The notes below the pieces were generated by a model. That model worked only from the letters and a program-made list of their open reading frames with translations. It was not told the origin of the DNA and searched no databases. The position numbers and the translations under genes are program-made. 64,000 bases of DNA from an uncultured Acidobacteriota bacterium (GTDB lineage Bacteria > Acidobacteriota > UBA6911), in contig CAWJKZ010000004.1 in the NCBI GenBank assembly GCA_963843575.1, forward strand, positions 88,465 to 152,464. The letters are read 5' to 3'. Positions within the stretch are counted from its first letter, which is position 1. Each line of letters starts with the position of its first letter. Shown piece after piece: positions 1 through 9,411 of the stretch.

Positions 1-1226
1 GCATCCCCGGAGCCAACGACCGGATCGCGCTTGGGCACATCGGGGTGGGAAGCCGCGGCACTGAGCTGCATATGATGGTGTCGCGCGTGAAGGACAAGCA
101 CAACGTGGAGACCGTCGCCGTCTGCGACCTCTGGAAAAACAACCGGGAGCGTGCGGCGGCAAGCACCGAGCGTTACTACGGACGCGCCCCGCGCGCCTTC
201 CAGCACATGGAGGAACTGCTCGCATTGAAGGAGGTGGACGCCGTCATGATCGCCACCCCCGAGCATTCCCATTCACCCGTCCTGAAAGCGACGGCTGAAG
301 CGGGAAAGGACGCCTACTGCGAGAAACCGATGGGGAACGTGCTCGCCGAAGTCAAAGCGGCCCGCGACGCGGTCAAGGAGCGCAAGCTCGTCGTGCAGGT
401 CGGGACGCAGCACCGCAGCGAGCCCTACCAGCTCGCCGCGCGCGAAGTCGTGCGCAGCGGCGCTCTCGGAGACATAAGCAAGTATGAGATCGTCTGGAAT
501 TACAACGGCCCGCGTTGGCGCGGCCGCCCCGAGGTAAAGCAGATCCGCGAGCAGGATACCGACTGGAGGAAGTGGCTGATGACCAAGCCGCCGCGCCCCT
601 TCGACCCGCAGCTGTATTTCGAGTTCCGCCTCTACCGCGATTTCTCCAGCGGCATCCCCGACCAGTGGATGAGCCACGGCATCGATCTCGTCCACTTCTT
701 CCTGAACGAAGTGCCGCCCCGCTCGGTTGTCGCCCAGGGCGGCGTGTTCGCATGGCACGACGGCCGCGAGAACCCCGACACGTTTCAGGCCCTCGTCGAA
801 TACCCTTCCTTCCTGGCCAGCTTTTCGACCAGTTTCGGCAACGATTGCGACAGCTTCTCGCGGATCATGGGGAAGAAGGCGACGCTCGTCAACATCGGCG
901 GCGAGGGGAGCCCCCGCTGGAAGGTGGTCGAGGAAAAGGGAAATCACGAAAGCAACCCCTACATCCAGCGTACCGAGAAATGGGTCACGCTTCCCGGCGA
1001 CGACAAGCCCGGCCCGATCAACATCGGCGACGAGGACCTGTCCCATCTGACCAACTGGTTCGACTGCCTGCGCAGCCGGAACGCGAAGACCAACGCGACC
1101 GTCGACACCGGCTTCATGCATTCGGTCGCCTGCATCATGGCCACCCAATCCTACTGGCAGGGCAAGCGCCTGTATTACGATCCCAGGACCGAGCAGATAA
1201 AGGACAGTGCACCCGCGACGGCATAA
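1..1226 (+). CDS. Gfo/Idh/MocA family oxidoreductase (5' end outside window)
   Basis: Frame open from the window edge (IPGANDRIALGHIGVGSRG Rossmann start); motifs VAVCD, IATPEHSH, YCEKP, VQVGTQHRS and DQWMSHGID are typical of the family. Confidence 0.9.
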   Translation, partial: IPGANDRIALGHIGVGSRGTELHMMVSRVKDKHNVETVAVCDLWKNNRERAAASTERYYGRAPRAFQHMEELLALKEVDAVMIATPEHSHSPVLKATAEAGKDAYCEKPMGNVLAEVKAARDAVKERKLVVQVGTQHRSEPYQLAAREVVRSGALGDISKYEIVWNYNGPRWRGRPEVKQIREQDTDWRKWLMTKPPRPFDPQLYFEFRLYRDFSSGIPDQWMSHGIDLVHFFLNEVPPRSVVAQGGVFAWHDGRENPDTFQALVEYPSFLASFSTSFGNDCDSFSRIMGKKATLVNIGGEGSPRWKVVEEKGNHESNPYIQRTEKWVTLPGDDKPGPINIGDEDLSHLTNWFDCLRSRNAKTNATVDTGFMHSVACIMATQSYWQGKRLYYDPRTEQIKDSAPATA

Positions 1227-1292
1227 CCCGCGCGGGGCGGCGGCCGGGCCCGAAGCCGGGCGGGCGCTTCAACTCCTTGGACGCGCGGATCG

Positions 1293-4193
1293 TTATTGAT
1301 TGAGTGCGGCAATGTGGTGCGCCAGAATGGCGCGCCACTCGTCGAGCGTGTGGCCGGCCACGGCGCGACGGCGGCGCAGCGGGTCCCCGTAATCCTCCCG
1401 GGAGATATACGGAAGCGCCGCCCCGAGCAGGGATGCCAGATCCGCCTGTGCCGCCGCGACCTCAGGTCCTGTGCGCCCGGTCCGCGTCGCCGTCTCGATC
1501 CGTTCCCTGAGGGTTGCGACGTACAGGTAATCCCCGATTCCCGCGGTCAGCCTCTCGAAGGCGGGCGTTTCGATCGGCCCGTCCGGGCCGGGCAGCGTCA
1601 CGCCTGACCGGTTGTACGGATGAAACCGCTGAAACGGGAGCAGGTCCCAGCCGAAGTGCCACTGCCAGAAGCCGTACGAGCTCGACGCCGCGATCTGGAT
1701 CCCGAAATCGTACCGGTCGGGGATGCCGTTGAAGTACCACAGCCGCGGCTTCCCCCTCTTGCGGGCGGCCTCGATAATCCCCGCCGATTGATCCCAAGGA
1801 TGGGTGGCGACGCAGTCGAAATGATCGAGCAACGGCAGGTAGTCTACGCCGTCCTCCTTGTCCCGCATCGGGTCGATGAAGATCTTCGCGCCCGGCACGC
1901 CTTCGCGCACCAGCCGCGCATAGCGGATCGTGTCCTGCAGGTTCCGGTTCCACTGGTTGATGTTGCGCTCCCGCGGCTCATCCGCAAGGTACAGCAGCAC
2001 TGGCAGGCCGCGCTTCCGAAAGAAATCGTGGATCTTCCCGGCCGCGTCGACATACCTCCTGATGAACAGCGGCGAGAATTCCCCGGTCAAGTCGCCGTCG
2101 GGCAGAGGCGCGGAGATTTCTTCGGGCTCGTGAAAGTCGCCGTAACGTGTTTCCCTCATCAGCCGCCGTGCCACCTCCAGCAGCAGAAGGATGATTCCAG
2201 GCCTCCGGGCATCGCAGAGACCCGCTTCCTTTGCCGCGCGGGCTTCTTCCTCCAGCAGGCTGAAGTCCAGGATCGTGCGTCCACCTTCGACGCCCTTCAC
2301 GATCGGTGCGGTGAACATGTAGGACGTCAGCCCGTGCGCCTTCATCACGCGGGCCTCCGCACGCAGCACGCGGCGGAGATCCTCAATCTTGCCGGGCAGG
2401 AAGTATCGAAGCGAATAGCCGAGGTTATACGGGCTGGACCGGAAGAAACCATACGAGACCGGGTGCTCGGCAGTGAGGGAGAACGGATGAATCGTGATCT
2501 CCACGGGCAGCTCGGCCGACCCCCCCGTGCCGGTTGCGACCTGCAGGCGGCCCCTATACAGGCCCGGAACCGCGTCGGGAGCCGGCGCAAGGGTGATCCA
2601 ATGGGTCACATTCACGCCGCCGGGCGACGGTATCTTTTGCGCCGGGAGCAGGCATCCTTCCCTGAGTTCCGCCGGCCAGTCCGTCCACATGTATTTAAGG
2701 ACTCGCAGCATCAAGGCGCTGCGCGGAAGAACGGCGCCGCCGTCGGTCCTGAATTCCGAGAGGGCCGCCTCCACGGATGCCAGGGGCCCGATCGGCGTAA
2801 CCGTGACCGCGGCATGCCCGAAATCGCCTCGGGCCGCGGCCAACCGGAGCACGCCGGGATCGAGTTCGGCGGCCCGGGGCAGGTCGTACGGGCCGATTTC
2901 CTCGTTGAAGTCCCTGTTCCACAGGAGAAACCCGCGGAGCCGAGCCGTTTCCGACGCTGAAGGCGCAGCGTTCCGAGGTTGCGGCGGGCGCAGGTGGGAG
3001 AGGAAATCGCTCTCCCGGACCTTATCGACCGCGGCCGCAGCGGATTCGAAATCCCTCCCTTCGGGGGCGATGAGGAGACCGAAGACGCAGAGGACACCTC
3101 CCCACGTGAACTCGGCGTGGCCGGCACTCACCTCGAAGGAGAAGTCGTACGACTGCCACGCTTCCGCGACCGACTTGCGGTAGGTATCCTCTCCGGGCGC
3201 ATACCAGTCGTTCATGCCGCGGAAATACTCCGCTTCGGTGTAGTACGCGGCCTGGTCGACCTTTCTCGACGCGACCTGCCGGCCGTCGACTGCCAGCGTA
3301 AAGGAAAGGACGGCCAGGAGCTTGCTGCTGTAGTTTCCGCCATAGAACCGCGCCCTGTACCGCCCAGCCGGCAGGTCAACCCGGAAGCTCGCCTTGCCGC
3401 CGCCGAGGTCGGACCAGATCCAGTCGGAGGTCAGACGCTCCGGCCTCTGGAGAGCCCAAGCCTGCGTCCTTGCCGGTATCGTGGTCCATCCATAGCCGCG
3501 GAAGCCGGCGTAGGCCGCCTTATCGGTCGCAGGCTTTGCGCCCGGTATCAGGGCCGAACCGACAGGGCCGAAGTCGAACAGCACGGTCCCTTTGCCCGCC
3601 CCGACTGCGGATCTTTCATCCCCCGCGAGCACGAAGTTGTAGAGCCAGACGTCGCGTTCGAATTTCTCGGCACTGCGGATCTGCATCAAAACCGAGCGGA
3701 TGCGGACCAGATCGACGGAGCGCCCCGCGCCCGTCCTCAACTCGTCCAGCGGGATCTCAAAGACGTTCCGGGCGCGGGAGAGCCAGATTTCAGGGGATGT
3801 GTAGCTTATCCCAGTTTCGTCCTTGATCGTGAGCACTACCGGGATCATGAATTCCGCCCCGTTGACCACCGTGAACAGGAGCCGTCGAAACCCGGTCCAG
3901 TTCGTCGGCATCCCTGCCTGCGGCGTGAACTCGAGGGAGCTGTAGCCCTCGCCGGGGAGGAGGACAAGGTGGAGCGCACCGGCCGGGACGGCGGGAAGTT
4001 CGACCTCGGGTCGCTCGATCGCGGCCCCATCGGCCGAGGTCCTCGACCATGCGGCCCGGCACCCGGTCACGCCTATCGACCCGACGACCCCCGCATCCTG
4101 AAACGTGCACACAAACCTTCCGGGCGGCCTTTCCGCGCCTGCGGGCATTGCCGACACCAGCATCAAGCTCAACAGCGCGACGACGCGGATCAT
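1293..4193 (-). CDS. Large secreted glycoside hydrolase-like protein (beta-sandwich modules plus GH123-like catalytic region)
   Basis: Signal peptide MIRVVALLSLMLVSAMPAGA at ATG 4193 (ORF track start 4295 probably too long). FDFGP...GYGW and FRVDLPAGRY beta-sandwich motifs, WITLAPAPDAVPGLYRG Ig-like segment, DEP putative catalytic motif, C-terminal ERLTAGIGDYLY. Confidence 0.65.
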   Translation of the reverse strand: MIRVVALLSLMLVSAMPAGAERPPGRFVCTFQDAGVVGSIGVTGCRAAWSRTSADGAAIERPEVELPAVPAGALHLVLLPGEGYSSLEFTPQAGMPTNWTGFRRLLFTVVNGAEFMIPVVLTIKDETGISYTSPEIWLSRARNVFEIPLDELRTGAGRSVDLVRIRSVLMQIRSAEKFERDVWLYNFVLAGDERSAVGAGKGTVLFDFGPVGSALIPGAKPATDKAAYAGFRGYGWTTIPARTQAWALQRPERLTSDWIWSDLGGGKASFRVDLPAGRYRARFYGGNYSSKLLAVLSFTLAVDGRQVASRKVDQAAYYTEAEYFRGMNDWYAPGEDTYRKSVAEAWQSYDFSFEVSAGHAEFTWGGVLCVFGLLIAPEGRDFESAAAAVDKVRESDFLSHLRPPQPRNAAPSASETARLRGFLLWNRDFNEEIGPYDLPRAAELDPGVLRLAAARGDFGHAAVTVTPIGPLASVEAALSEFRTDGGAVLPRSALMLRVLKYMWTDWPAELREGCLLPAQKIPSPGGVNVTHWITLAPAPDAVPGLYRGRLQVATGTGGSAELPVEITIHPFSLTAEHPVSYGFFRSSPYNLGYSLRYFLPGKIEDLRRVLRAEARVMKAHGLTSYMFTAPIVKGVEGGRTILDFSLLEEEARAAKEAGLCDARRPGIILLLLEVARRLMRETRYGDFHEPEEISAPLPDGDLTGEFSPLFIRRYVDAAGKIHDFFRKRGLPVLLYLADEPRERNINQWNRNLQDTIRYARLVREGVPGAKIFIDPMRDKEDGVDYLPLLDHFDCVATHPWDQSAGIIEAARKRGKPRLWYFNGIPDRYDFGIQIAASSSYGFWQWHFGWDLLPFQRFHPYNRSGVTLPGPDGPIETPAFERLTAGIGDYLYVATLRERIETATRTGRTGPEVAAAQADLASLLGAALPYISREDYGDPLRRRRAVAGHTLDEWRAILAHHIAALNQ

Positions 4194-4276
4194 AGGGACT
4201 CCGTCTCTTTTCCGCCCGCTTGAGACTTTCCGGGTCTTTTCCGGCGAATTGCGGGGGCCAGGCAGGATTTCACGGG

Positions 4277-4468
4277 TTACCTGCAGCGGGCCCACAGAAA
4301 CAGGCGCACCCGGTCCTCGGTCAATTGCAGGCCCAGGCCAGGCCGGTCTGTAACTGGGATGAAGCCGTTCCTGAGCTCGAGCTCAGGTGCGTGATCGACG
4401 ATCTGGAAATGCTCCGGCACCCGGTACGGATACAGTTCCTGGATGATGAAGTTCGAGATGCCGGCATG
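4277..4468 (-). pseudogene. C-terminal fragment of a mandelate racemase/muconate lactonizing enzyme (galactonate dehydratase-like)
   Basis: Manual translation of the minus strand: AGISNFIIQELYPYRVPEHFQIVDHAPELELRNGFIPVTDRPGLGLQLTEDRVRLFLWARCR*. NF..QE and P..PGLG.L are enolase-superfamily C-terminal motifs. The 5' part is missing and runs into AT-rich sequence. Confidence 0.7.
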
Positions 4469-4599
4469 TTGTCTCGCTTTCGTCCTCGAAAAGTGGCCTT
4501 AAATCCAATTTTTGCCCCTGTTTTTTCGGTTTAAGGTCGCCGGGAAACGCATTTGAGATCGCGGCTATTTCAATAAAATAGCACCAAAAATCGCAAAAG

Positions 4600-5929
4600 G
4601 CGCCCGCGTTGTTTCCGGACGCCCTGTTCACGGAGTTCCCGATCACGGTGCAACAAAACCAAACGCGGTCGGTATGGGTGACGATCCATGTGCCGACGGG
4701 CCAAGAACCGGGCGAGTACAGGGGCGAACTGAGGCTGCGGCAGGGCACGGAGACGTTGGCGACCGTCCCGTACACCCTGGTGGTTCACAAAGCCACGGTT
4801 TCGAGGCCGATCCCGCTGGCGATCAATAACTACTTGAATCTCGGCGATCGTCACCTCGAGCAGTTTCACAGCTGCACGCGCGGATCAGGGCCGTGGTGGG
4901 ACCTGATCGCGAGTTACGCGCGCTTCTGGGCCGACTACTACCAGACTTCCATCAGCGCAAATGCGGTCTCGCTCACAAAGCCAGCAGCTATCGGGCGGGG
5001 GATTGAGTTACAGCTTCAGCGACTTTGAACGGTACGTCGAAACGTGGGAGGCCGCTGGAGTGAAGGGCCAGATCGACGGCGGGAACCTCATGGAACGGCA
5101 GCGGCGGCGGGACGCCACCATCATGACCGAGGCCTGGCTGGTCGAGGGCGGCAAACCGGTCCGGCGCAGCATCCCGTGGAACGACCCGCGGGCTCAGCAG
5201 TTCCTGAACACCTTCCTGCCCGCGCTCTCCGCGCGGCTCCAGGAACTCGGCTGGACGAACAAGTACATCCAGGGAATCATGGACGAGCCGAACCAGTGGG
5301 AGATCCCGGCGTTCCTCGACACTGCCGCCAAGGTCCGGAAGCTCCTGCCGGGCGTCCGGACAATCGAACCGGTCGGGCTGCGCCAGGACGTCGGCTTCAT
5401 GAAGAAAACGGTGGACATATGGGTGCCTCTGCTCGGCACGTTCGACGAGAAGCTTGACCTCCTTCAACGACACATCAACGAGGACAAGGGCGAGATCTGG
5501 TTTTACACATGCCTGTCGCCGCGGGGGAAATATCCCAACCGCTTCGTCGATACCTCACTGACGAAGGTGCGGCTGCTGCATTGGATCAACTACAAGTGGA
5601 ACTTCACCGGCTTCCTGCACTGGGGCGGTAACTTCTGGGGGCCGGAGCCGCTCAAGGACACACAACCCGTCATCAACGAGGGGCGGACGTACCTGCCTCC
5701 GGGTGACGCGTTCATCACCTACCCTGCCCGCATGGGCCTCTACAGTTCAATCCGGCTGGAGCAGATGCGGGAGGGCATCGAGGACTACGCGCTGCTCAAG
5801 GAACTCGACAGGAAGGACAGAGCACTGGCCCAGAAGATCGCGGGTGAAGCGGTAAGGACGTTCGTCGATTACGTGCGCGGGGCCAAGGAGTTCCGGGCAA
5901 TCCAGCAGAAGCTGCTGGAGGCGCCGTAG
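4600..5929 (+). pseudogene. GH123/DUF4091-like glycoside hydrolase, 5'-truncated and frameshifted near 4995
   Basis: ORFs 4609-5028 (FPDAL, SVWVTIHVP..PGEYRG) and 4961-5929 (MDEP, WFYTC, GFLHWG, SSIRLEQMREGIEDY) join across the G-run at ~4993-5001; no N-terminus. Confidence 0.75.
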
Positions 5930-5970
5930 CGGGTTGGGCAGATCGTAAAGAAGACAGTGCCCCCTCCATC

Positions 5971-6327
5971 TCATTCCCCCGACTGAGTGTCTCTGATGAA
6001 GTGTGGGATGGATTCGGGTATGGGGAGAGCCAGCTCGATGAAGCCGGAATACCTGCCATCCTTGTACCAGGGCGACTGGTAAATCAGCTTCCTGCTGCCT
6101 GCTTTTTCGATCGAATAGATGTTTGGAACCCCCGATGCCAGCAAGGCCGCCAACTTCGTCCGGGCCGGTTCGGGGTGGCAATCGAGCACGTTGGTGCCGA
6201 TCAGGGCGGATCCGCCATCTTTGGCAAAAGTGTCACATGCCTTCTCGTTCATCCCCAGTAGTATCCCCTCCGGATCACACACCGTGATCGCGGCCGGGAA
6301 TTCGCCAATCCAGGCTGCATCGTTCAT
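5971..6327 (-). CDS. Stand-alone PAS-domain protein
   Basis: MNDAAWIGEFPAAITVCDPEGILLGMN...LIGTNVLDCHPEP...KLIYQSPWYKDGRYSGFIE is a single PAS fold with the DCH motif. Confidence 0.8.
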   Translation of the reverse strand: MNDAAWIGEFPAAITVCDPEGILLGMNEKACDTFAKDGGSALIGTNVLDCHPEPARTKLAALLASGVPNIYSIEKAGSRKLIYQSPWYKDGRYSGFIELALPIPESIPHFIRDTQSGE

Positions 6328-6381
6328 CGATCCCTTTCTCACGCTGCCTTGAGTAGTCAATTACATAAATACGATAGCGTC

Positions 6382-6638
6382 TTTTCGGACGCAGATCCAC
6401 GCGGATCAAAGACAGAGGCGTTGACTGGGGAAGCCCGTGTCCTGCTTTTGTCTTTCGTGGCCGGACCAGACGCCGATAGATCGAAGCTCCCCGCGCTTTC
6501 TTGAGTACTTGGCAGAAGCCAGAACGCGGATTTCCGCGGATTTGAAGGGTTCACGCGGATCGGCCGCGCCGGGCGCGGCCTGTCACCAATGTCTCTGTTG
6601 TTAATTTGCGTGGATCCTCGTCCATCCGCGTCCGAAAA
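6382..6638. repeat. Palindromic intergenic repeat element (ACGCGGAT family)
   Basis: Terminal inverted repeat TTTTCGGACGC (6382-6392) / GCGTCCGAAAA (6628-6638), extending imperfectly inward; internal ~9-nt periodic CGCGGAT units. Confidence 0.75.
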
Positions 6639-6652
6639 ATTCGGGCGGAGTG

Positions 6653-9367
6653 CTATCGCGATGCTTCGCTTCTGACGTGTTGGTTGCGGGGAGTTACCGA
6701 CGTCGAAAGCGCCAGGACCCGTTCCAGGCTGCCGAAGCGCAGAAACAAACGGTCGAACACGTGCAGGTGAAGTCGTGCAAGAAGCCACCCGGCGGAGCTC
6801 ATCCCGATGCCCACGAGCACGGACTGCAGCGTCTTGCGGTACCGGATGGCTTTGACCAGCGGACCCCACCCCGCAGCGCCGGCCGCCGCACACACCAGCA
6901 TCGTCAAGAGCGCTCCCACCGTCAGCGAAAACGCAGTCGCAGCCCGAAGCCGATAGGCATAGAAGAGGCCGATCGTCAGCAGACCCACGATGGCGGCGCC
7001 ACCGACAAGCTGTAGTGACCTCGACAGCGCCCAGATTTTGAAGGCGAGCTTATCTGCAACCTCGAGCTGCCGCTGCAGCGCCGTATCGGCCCGTGGCTGA
7101 ACCATCAGTGGTTCAATCTGCAGAAACTTCCACGGCACACGATCGGCAGGCTGCAACCGGAAGCCGAGGATTGGCTCGCGGAGCGAGTACTCGGTCATCA
7201 GGTACCCGCTCGTCATGAGTGCATACGCCTCCACCTCGGAAAAGGAGTCCAGGTCGGTTCGAATAGCCGCGAGCCGGCGTTGCACATCCCTGTGGATCCC
7301 GTAAGGGCAAACCGGATCGTGGCGTGGCGGGTCGGAACGATCCTGGCACTCGATCCAGTCGACCGCCTCCGCTCCGAGGTCCTGTTTCAGGTGCACGAAC
7401 ATCAGGCCCCTCAATAGCCCGGCGCGACGGCGTGCCTCCAGTTCGCGGAACTGCGTGCTTCTCAGGCGCGCCTGCAAAATGCTGTTGGATCGAAGCGGCA
7501 CGCCCAGCAGGCCCGTACTCGGGGCGTCCTGCGAGTCCATCTGACCGCTGGCGTCACTCAGCAGGAGCACGTTACAGCCCTGTTCGAGAAGGGCCGCGAC
7601 ACCCTGGTTGTCGTGCACGCCGCCATCCACGAGGCGGACGATCAAAGATCGGCCATCACGTTCGTAAAGGCCATTCAGGGACAGGGGTTCAAAGATACCC
7701 GGCACACAGGCTGATGCCGCGACGGCATATCCCAGCCGGATGCCTTGCCGGCCCGGTGGCATCTGATCGTAATACATGCGTCGCAGGCGATAGTTGGAGT
7801 CGATTTTGGCATCCGCCCCCCCGGGCGGCTCGCCCATCCAGGAGGCCGTGAACTGCCAGTTGTGCCCGGTGTTTAGGGAGGTCGCATTCAGCACCAGGAT
7901 GGGCACCTTCGCCGACCGCTTCCAGTTATTGTCCTTGGGCACGAAGTTCTCGTCCCCTTTTGGCCTGATGAACAACCGGTCAAGCCACCTCTTGCCGGTC
8001 TCGCCGTCCTGAACCCGTGAGTAGATCTCGGACTCGTAAAGCTCGCCGGCCCGCAGGGTGCGGGAGTAACCCGGCAGGAAGACCATTTTGACGTTGGTCA
8101 GCCACTCGGCGGCGATCCGAGTACGGACATTCCGCTGTACGCCGGCCAGAAAGTCTTGCGCTACCCGGCCCACCATATCGATGTAGTCCTCCCTCGTGAT
8201 CTCCGGGTCTGTCTTGGTCTGCAGGAGATGGCGGACCTCGAGATAATAGTGAGCGCCAACGATGGATCCTCCCGACACGCACGAAAGGTACTCGACGGTC
8301 CGCAAGAGGTCGAGTTCCGCCAACTTGGCGAGGACTCCTATGTGATAGAGCGAGGCGCGGAACCCGCCGCCACTCAAAGCCAGGCCGACCTTGCCCTGCA
8401 TGACCGATGTGACCGCGGCGTAGTTGCCGCCCAGGAACTCACGCAGCACACGTTCACCTTCAAGACTCGTCTGCTGGTTCCTGGTTTCGCGGGCCTTCCG
8501 CTGCAATCGAAGCAGTGTGGCGATCTGACGTGCGGTGGTTTCCCACTCCCAGTCGCACACCTCGGGGAGCCGGGCGGCCTGCTGGAGCCACAGGCCTGAT
8601 TGCGCGAAGTTCTCCAGCCCGAAATACGCCTCCCCGAGCGTCGCCAGAAACCACCATTCCTGCGCAAGCCAGTCCCTGCCCGGCTGCTCGGGCAGAGGGG
8701 GCAGGACCTTGACGATCTCTTCGCGGATGGCGCGCGACTGCTGGCGGCGCTCCTGGGCCAGAGTACTGGAGGATGCGGCAGCGCGAGCCCCCGATTCGGC
8801 TGAATCGGCGAGGAGGTCGAGCACGAAGGCGGCGTTGATTGCAGTGTACCCGTAATCGCCGACCACACCCTGTCTGTAACCGCGCATGTAGTAGGCCAAT
8901 GACGTCTCGAGATGGTCATCCAGCCCGGTCAGCTCCCACTTGCGCTTGTAGATCGCGCCTGCCTGGCCGAGCGTCTCCTGGTTCGTGGACGTCCCGAGTG
9001 GATCTGCGGCGTTGAGGATGCCCAGTGCGCGGTCAAAGCGGTCGTCCGTGGCTCGCGCAGGGCCGTAGGGAGTGCGGCTCAGACCCGGGTCGGCGGGCAG
9101 GTCGGGATCCTTGTAGGTACAGAGTGCGCGCTGCTGCGCGAACTTGAGACGCTGCTCCCGGTCGGGATGCTGTTGGATTTCGGGGGAATTGGCATGACGG
9201 TCCAGGATCTTACGCGCCAGGCCGAACTTGCGTTCCTTCTTGAGCGCAAAAACAAGTTCGAGCAACGCGCCCGGCTGAATGCTCCTGCCGGCGAGTATGG
9301 ACTCTGCTTCTCGAACCGCCTCGCTCGTGCCGAGTGTGCGGGACTGTTGGATCGGACCTGATGTCAT
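6653..9367 (-). CDS. TPR-S (TRAF-binding-like TPR) - patatin-like phospholipase fusion with C-terminal hydrophobic helices
   Basis: Patatin motifs ALSGGGFRA, SCVSGGS (nucleophile Ser) and DGGVHDNQG. N-terminal TPR region (QETLGQAGAIYKRKWE, GYTAINAA, WWFLATLGEA, WEWETTARQ). Hydrophobic segments near the C-terminus. GGAGG RBS 9 nt before ATG 9367. Confidence 0.85.
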   Translation of the reverse strand: MTSGPIQQSRTLGTSEAVREAESILAGRSIQPGALLELVFALKKERKFGLARKILDRHANSPEIQQHPDREQRLKFAQQRALCTYKDPDLPADPGLSRTPYGPARATDDRFDRALGILNAADPLGTSTNQETLGQAGAIYKRKWELTGLDDHLETSLAYYMRGYRQGVVGDYGYTAINAAFVLDLLADSAESGARAAASSSTLAQERRQQSRAIREEIVKVLPPLPEQPGRDWLAQEWWFLATLGEAYFGLENFAQSGLWLQQAARLPEVCDWEWETTARQIATLLRLQRKARETRNQQTSLEGERVLREFLGGNYAAVTSVMQGKVGLALSGGGFRASLYHIGVLAKLAELDLLRTVEYLSCVSGGSIVGAHYYLEVRHLLQTKTDPEITREDYIDMVGRVAQDFLAGVQRNVRTRIAAEWLTNVKMVFLPGYSRTLRAGELYESEIYSRVQDGETGKRWLDRLFIRPKGDENFVPKDNNWKRSAKVPILVLNATSLNTGHNWQFTASWMGEPPGGADAKIDSNYRLRRMYYDQMPPGRQGIRLGYAVAASACVPGIFEPLSLNGLYERDGRSLIVRLVDGGVHDNQGVAALLEQGCNVLLLSDASGQMDSQDAPSTGLLGVPLRSNSILQARLRSTQFRELEARRRAGLLRGLMFVHLKQDLGAEAVDWIECQDRSDPPRHDPVCPYGIHRDVQRRLAAIRTDLDSFSEVEAYALMTSGYLMTEYSLREPILGFRLQPADRVPWKFLQIEPLMVQPRADTALQRQLEVADKLAFKIWALSRSLQLVGGAAIVGLLTIGLFYAYRLRAATAFSLTVGALLTMLVCAAAGAAGWGPLVKAIRYRKTLQSVLVGIGMSSAGWLLARLHLHVFDRLFLRFGSLERVLALSTSVTPRNQHVRSEASR

Positions 9368-9411
9368 GGCATGCATCCTCCAGCGCCACTCGGTTTGAAG
9401 CAGAACGTTCC

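Noticed and set aside
9045-9095. Possible ~14-aa in-frame insertion (PGLSRTPYGPARAT) in the patatin TPR region
   Set aside because: Suspected only from recollection of homologs; no repeat or duplication signature and unverifiable without an alignment.
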